The notes beneath the pieces are model-generated. The model made no database searches and had not been told where the DNA came from. It saw only the letters and a program-made list of their open reading frames with translations. A stretch of 49,524 bases of DNA from Deltaproteobacteria bacterium (lineage in GTDB: Bacteria; Myxococcota_A; UBA9160; SMWR01), in the NCBI GenBank assembly GCA_032128375.1, contig JAQBGU010000128.1:1-49524 (forward strand). The letters are read 5' to 3'. Made by a program: the position numbers and the translations under genes. Of this stretch, positions 46,496-49,524 are shown piece after piece. The first letter of the stretch is position 1. Every line of letters starts with the position of its first letter.

Positions 46496-47594
46496 CCTCC
46501 GGCAGCTGAGCCAGGCAATCGACACCGCGCTGCCGCAACCAATGGTCTGCCAGCACCAGGCACACCATCGCTTCGACCATCGGGACTGCACGGGGCAGCA
46601 CGCACGGGTCATGTCGACCCTGCGCTTCGAGCGTTGTCGACTCACCTTGTCGGGTGACCGTCCGTTGCATCTGGCTGATCGTCGCGGTGGGCTTGAAGGC
46701 GACGCGAACCACAATGGGCTCACCATTCGAGATTCCGCCCTGCACGCCGCCCGAACGATTCGATTCGGTGTGCGGCCTGCCATCGTTGCCCATCACGAAC
46801 GGATCGTTGTGCTCGATACCGGTCATGTGCGTGCCGCCGAAACCACTACCGATCTCGAAACCCTTGGTGGCGGGCAGACTCATCAATGCGCGGGCGAGGT
46901 CGGCCTCGAGTTTGTCGAATACCGGTTCGCCGAGTCCGGCCGGGACGCCACGCGCCACGCACTCGACGACGCCGCCGAGCGAATCACCGCGCGCGCGTGC
47001 CGCATCGATGCGTTCGATCATCTCATCCGAAGCAGCAGGCTCGGGGCATCGAACCAGACTCTTTTCGACGGCTTCCAGCGTCACGCCAGCGGGATCGATC
47101 TTGGCTTCGACTTCGTGCACGCTGCTGACCCACGCGACGACTTCGATCCCGGCGACTTCGGTCAGCAATTTGCGTGCAATCGCGCCGGCCGCGACCCGAC
47201 CGATCGTTTCGCGGGCGCTCGCCCGGCCGCCGCCCTGCCAGTTTCGGATCCCGTACTTGGCTTCGGTCGTGTAGTCGGCGTGGGATGGCCTGTACAAATC
47301 CTTCATGTGTTCGTAGGCCTGGGGGCGGGCATCCTGATTCTGGACGATGATCGCGATCGGCGTGCCGAGCGAGCGACCCTCGAACACCCCCGACACGATT
47401 TCCGCGCGGTCCGCTTCTTGGCGGGGCGTAGTCAATCGGCTCTGGCCGGGACGTCTCCGATCGAGATCGCGCTGGATCTCTTCGATCGAAATTGCCAAAC
47501 GGGGCGGACAGCCGTCTACGACGACCCCCACGGAGCCACCGTGGCTCTCGCCGAACGTCGAGATCCGAAAGATTTGTCCGAATTCACTTCCCAT
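46479..47594 (-). CDS. aroC: Chorismate synthase
   Basis: [55 protein letters not shown]. Confidence 0.97.
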   Translation of the reverse strand: MGSEFGQIFRISTFGESHGGSVGVVVDGCPPRLAISIEEIQRDLDRRRPGQSRLTTPRQEADRAEIVSGVFEGRSLGTPIAIIVQNQDARPQAYEHMKDLYRPSHADYTTEAKYGIRNWQGGGRASARETIGRVAAGAIARKLLTEVAGIEVVAWVSSVHEVEAKIDPAGVTLEAVEKSLVRCPEPAASDEMIERIDAARARGDSLGGVVECVARGVPAGLGEPVFDKLEADLARALMSLPATKGFEIGSGFGGTHMTGIEHNDPFVMGNDGRPHTESNRSGGVQGGISNGEPIVVRVAFKPTATISQMQRTVTRQGESTTLEAQGRHDPCVLPRAVPMVEAMVCLVLADHWLRQRGVDCLAQLPEVTAAK

Positions 47595-47666
47595 GCTGGC
47601 TCAAGGATACCTCGGTCAACACCTCGACTACACCTCAGCCCGGTTCGACCTCGGTCTGATTCGATA

Positions 47667-48791
47667 TCAGCCCGATTCGATCTCAGAAAAGGGCACGACC
47701 CGACACCGCGGCTCGGGGTGCGAATCGGCTCTTACCCAGCGAACGCCCATCGTGCCGTGATCGTGTCCGGCAGTATCGAGCCAATTCGGATGCCCGGGGT
47801 CTCTGTGAGCGACGACCAGTTCGACCGATCCATCGGCCCGAGTTTGAACTTGTCCGTTATTGATGTGGACACGCCGGAACTCGTAATCGAGCGATTCTGC
47901 CCAGATATTGCCCAACTGGAAGTTCCAGTAGTGACACTTCGGGGGCGTCAGTTCGATGACCAGCGCCTCTTGCTCGGCGAGTTCCCAGGTACCCAGCCAG
48001 AGTCGGATGTTCGGGTCTCCGCCCACCAGCCGATGGTGCTCAACGCTTGGCAGGTGGAAGCTATTCGGCGGCGCGAGATCCCGCATCCCCGCCACCCAGT
48101 CAGCAAACCAGGCCGCACATCCGATGGCGTACATCGCCGAACCCATCAGCAATCCGGACACGTTGGCGGGGTCGAGCGGCTCGGGCGGGCCCTCGGATTC
48201 GAGGCACTCGATGCTGACCCGTACCGGTTTTTCGTTCTCCTTGTGGAGGAAGGTCTGCCGCAACAGCACTTGACTGGAGTCGGGTGCGAGACGCAGCCAG
48301 TTGCCGGGCTGTTCCTTCTCACTGACGATGATCTCGAAGCTGCCGTCTGGCTCGTACTGGATTTCGGCATCGTTCAGGTGACCGGCACCGCCGGAGATCT
48401 TGTCCTTCGCGGCGAAGTTCTGGTTTTGTGCGGCGAAGCTCATGTAATGGATGCTGCCGCGGTTTCCGCGGATCCGGTACGTGTAGCGGCTGTTGACCGC
48501 GGCGCCGATGTAGTAGTTGTCCGGGTTGTCGAGCCCCATCTTGACCAGATCGGGCATCGCGCGAAAAACCGGATGCAGCGCTCCGCTGCGCTCTCCAAAC
48601 GATTGTGTCCCGGCGCGAAGCAAGCGCAGCAGGTAGCGGTGGCCTTCGGCTCGATCGAATGTGGAGCGCGCCAGATCGTCGCGCAGCAGAACATCACCGG
48701 CCTTCTTCAATAAATCGCAGAACTCCGACCACGCTTGGGCGTTGTCGACTTTTTGAATCGGGTCATTGTCATTCACAGGTTCGATCTCCAT
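47667..48791 (-). CDS. DUF1214 domain protein
   Basis: W..FC..L, AEG.RYL.R, K.GLDNPD..Y, Y.I.G.RG, YWNFQL.N.W.ES, DPG.PNWLDT.GH..G. Confidence 0.8.
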   Translation of the reverse strand: MEIEPVNDNDPIQKVDNAQAWSEFCDLLKKAGDVLLRDDLARSTFDRAEGHRYLLRLLRAGTQSFGERSGALHPVFRAMPDLVKMGLDNPDNYYIGAAVNSRYTYRIRGNRGSIHYMSFAAQNQNFAAKDKISGGAGHLNDAEIQYEPDGSFEIIVSEKEQPGNWLRLAPDSSQVLLRQTFLHKENEKPVRVSIECLESEGPPEPLDPANVSGLLMGSAMYAIGCAAWFADWVAGMRDLAPPNSFHLPSVEHHRLVGGDPNIRLWLGTWELAEQEALVIELTPPKCHYWNFQLGNIWAESLDYEFRRVHINNGQVQTRADGSVELVVAHRDPGHPNWLDTAGHDHGTMGVRWVRADSHPEPRCRVVPFSEIESG

Positions 48792-48800
48792 TCCCGACAG

Positions 48801-48867
48801 GGGTTGGATAGAGGGTTGGATAGAGGGTTGGATAGAGGGTTGATATAGAGGGTTGATATAGAGTTGA
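48801..48867. repeat. 12/13-bp tandem repeat (GGGTTGGATAGA x3, GGGTTGATATAGA x2, partial)
   Basis: Read directly from sequence; begins about 10 bp upstream of the DUF1214 start codon. Confidence 0.92.
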
Positions 48868-49078
48868 ATGAGATGACAGAACGGTCGATCAGCTCGTCTC
48901 GATTCCGAATCGCTCGATATACGGGGCGAAGCGCTCGCGGACCGCGTTCGCGTCGAGCCCCCACACTTCGAGTCCGTATTCGGCCAGCATCGGCGTCAGC
49001 ACCGAGCCGACGTAACCAAGATTTCCCGTTACGAGTACACGCATGGAATGCAACCCCTGTTGACGTTACGAGCGGACA

Positions 49079-49524
49079 TCAGGCCGAGCGGGTGCCGTGG
49101 GCGACCGGCGCCAGTTCCGTTCCGTTCGCCTGTTTGTTGATCAATGCGGCGATCTGCTCGTAGACGTGGTCCGAGAAGGGAATCGAGCTGGTCCAGGCCG
49201 GCGAGACCGCGTTCAAGACGTGGAACGAACGGTCGTCGCCTTCCAGGCAGAAGTCCATGACGAGCGTGCGGCTGTCGAGATCGAGCAGTTGCGCGCGAAT
49301 TCCCGGCGGGCCCCAGGTGCGGAAGGCATCGGGATTCAGCCCGGATACCAGACGCGCCGCCTGCGACACCAAATACCCGCGGCGATACTTCTTGATCTCT
49401 TCACGTGCCACGCCGCGGAAGTCGAAACCGGCATTCGCCAACAACCCCAAGGAGCGCCAGCTGATCGACAGAAGCTCGTCGAAACGAAAACCCTCGAATA
49501 TGCCGTACTGCTCGCGCCACAAAC
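49079..49524 (-). CDS. lhgO: L-2-hydroxyglutarate oxidase-like FAD oxidoreductase, 3' part (truncated by window)
   Basis: GIRAQL.D....LVMDF..E....S.HVLNAVSPAWTSS. Confidence 0.75.
   Translation of the reverse strand, partial: LWREQYGIFEGFRFDELLSISWRSLGLLANAGFDFRGVAREEIKKYRRGYLVSQAARLVSGLNPDAFRTWGPPGIRAQLLDLDSRTLVMDFCLEGDDRSFHVLNAVSPAWTSSIPFSDHVYEQIAALINKQANGTELAPVAHGTRSA

Noticed and set aside
46137..48713. 858-aa plus-strand ORF
   Set aside because: Antisense shadow of aroC and the DUF1214 gene; no recognisable motifs, and long stop-free antisense frames are expected at this GC content.
48801..48867. CRISPR array or telomere-like repeat
   Set aside because: Units are 12-13 bp and directly adjacent with no spacers; no cas genes; internal chromosomal position.

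Overview
GC-rich bacterial chromosomal segment of mostly core and metabolic genes, with no rRNA, tRNA, CRISPR array or transposase/integrase gene. Pal and a GT9 enzyme indicate a diderm envelope. F420 genes plus a monomeric IDH suggest a Myxococcota/deltaproteobacteria-like lineage, which is inference only. Recognisable genes are pal, an exonuclease-DinG fusion, fabG, icd, argD, folB, a sulfite reductase hemoprotein, cofG/cofH, a dnaA homolog, thiC behind a TPP riboswitch, a GT-C/GT9 surface-glycan cluster, metB-cbiX, aroC and the 3' end of lhgO. The most interesting locus is 22.5-26.1 kb. It holds an orphan DnaA homolog whose DNA-recognition helix differs from the canonical one (RNHPSVANA versus RDHTTVLHA), a stand-alone Lon substrate-binding-domain protein, and a divergently transcribed 138-aa HExxH metalloprotease (Wss1/WLM- or YgjP-like) ending in a perfect beta-clamp motif, QLSLF-COOH. 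This could be a clamp-targeted, replication-coupled proteolysis system, and that remains a hypothesis. Other signals are recurrent short tandem duplications near gene starts (one apparently frameshifting a gene), several leaderless-type starts, a 13-8-13 AT-rich inverted repeat, a candidate structured sRNA, and an internally deleted carboxyltransferase plus two gene fragments.
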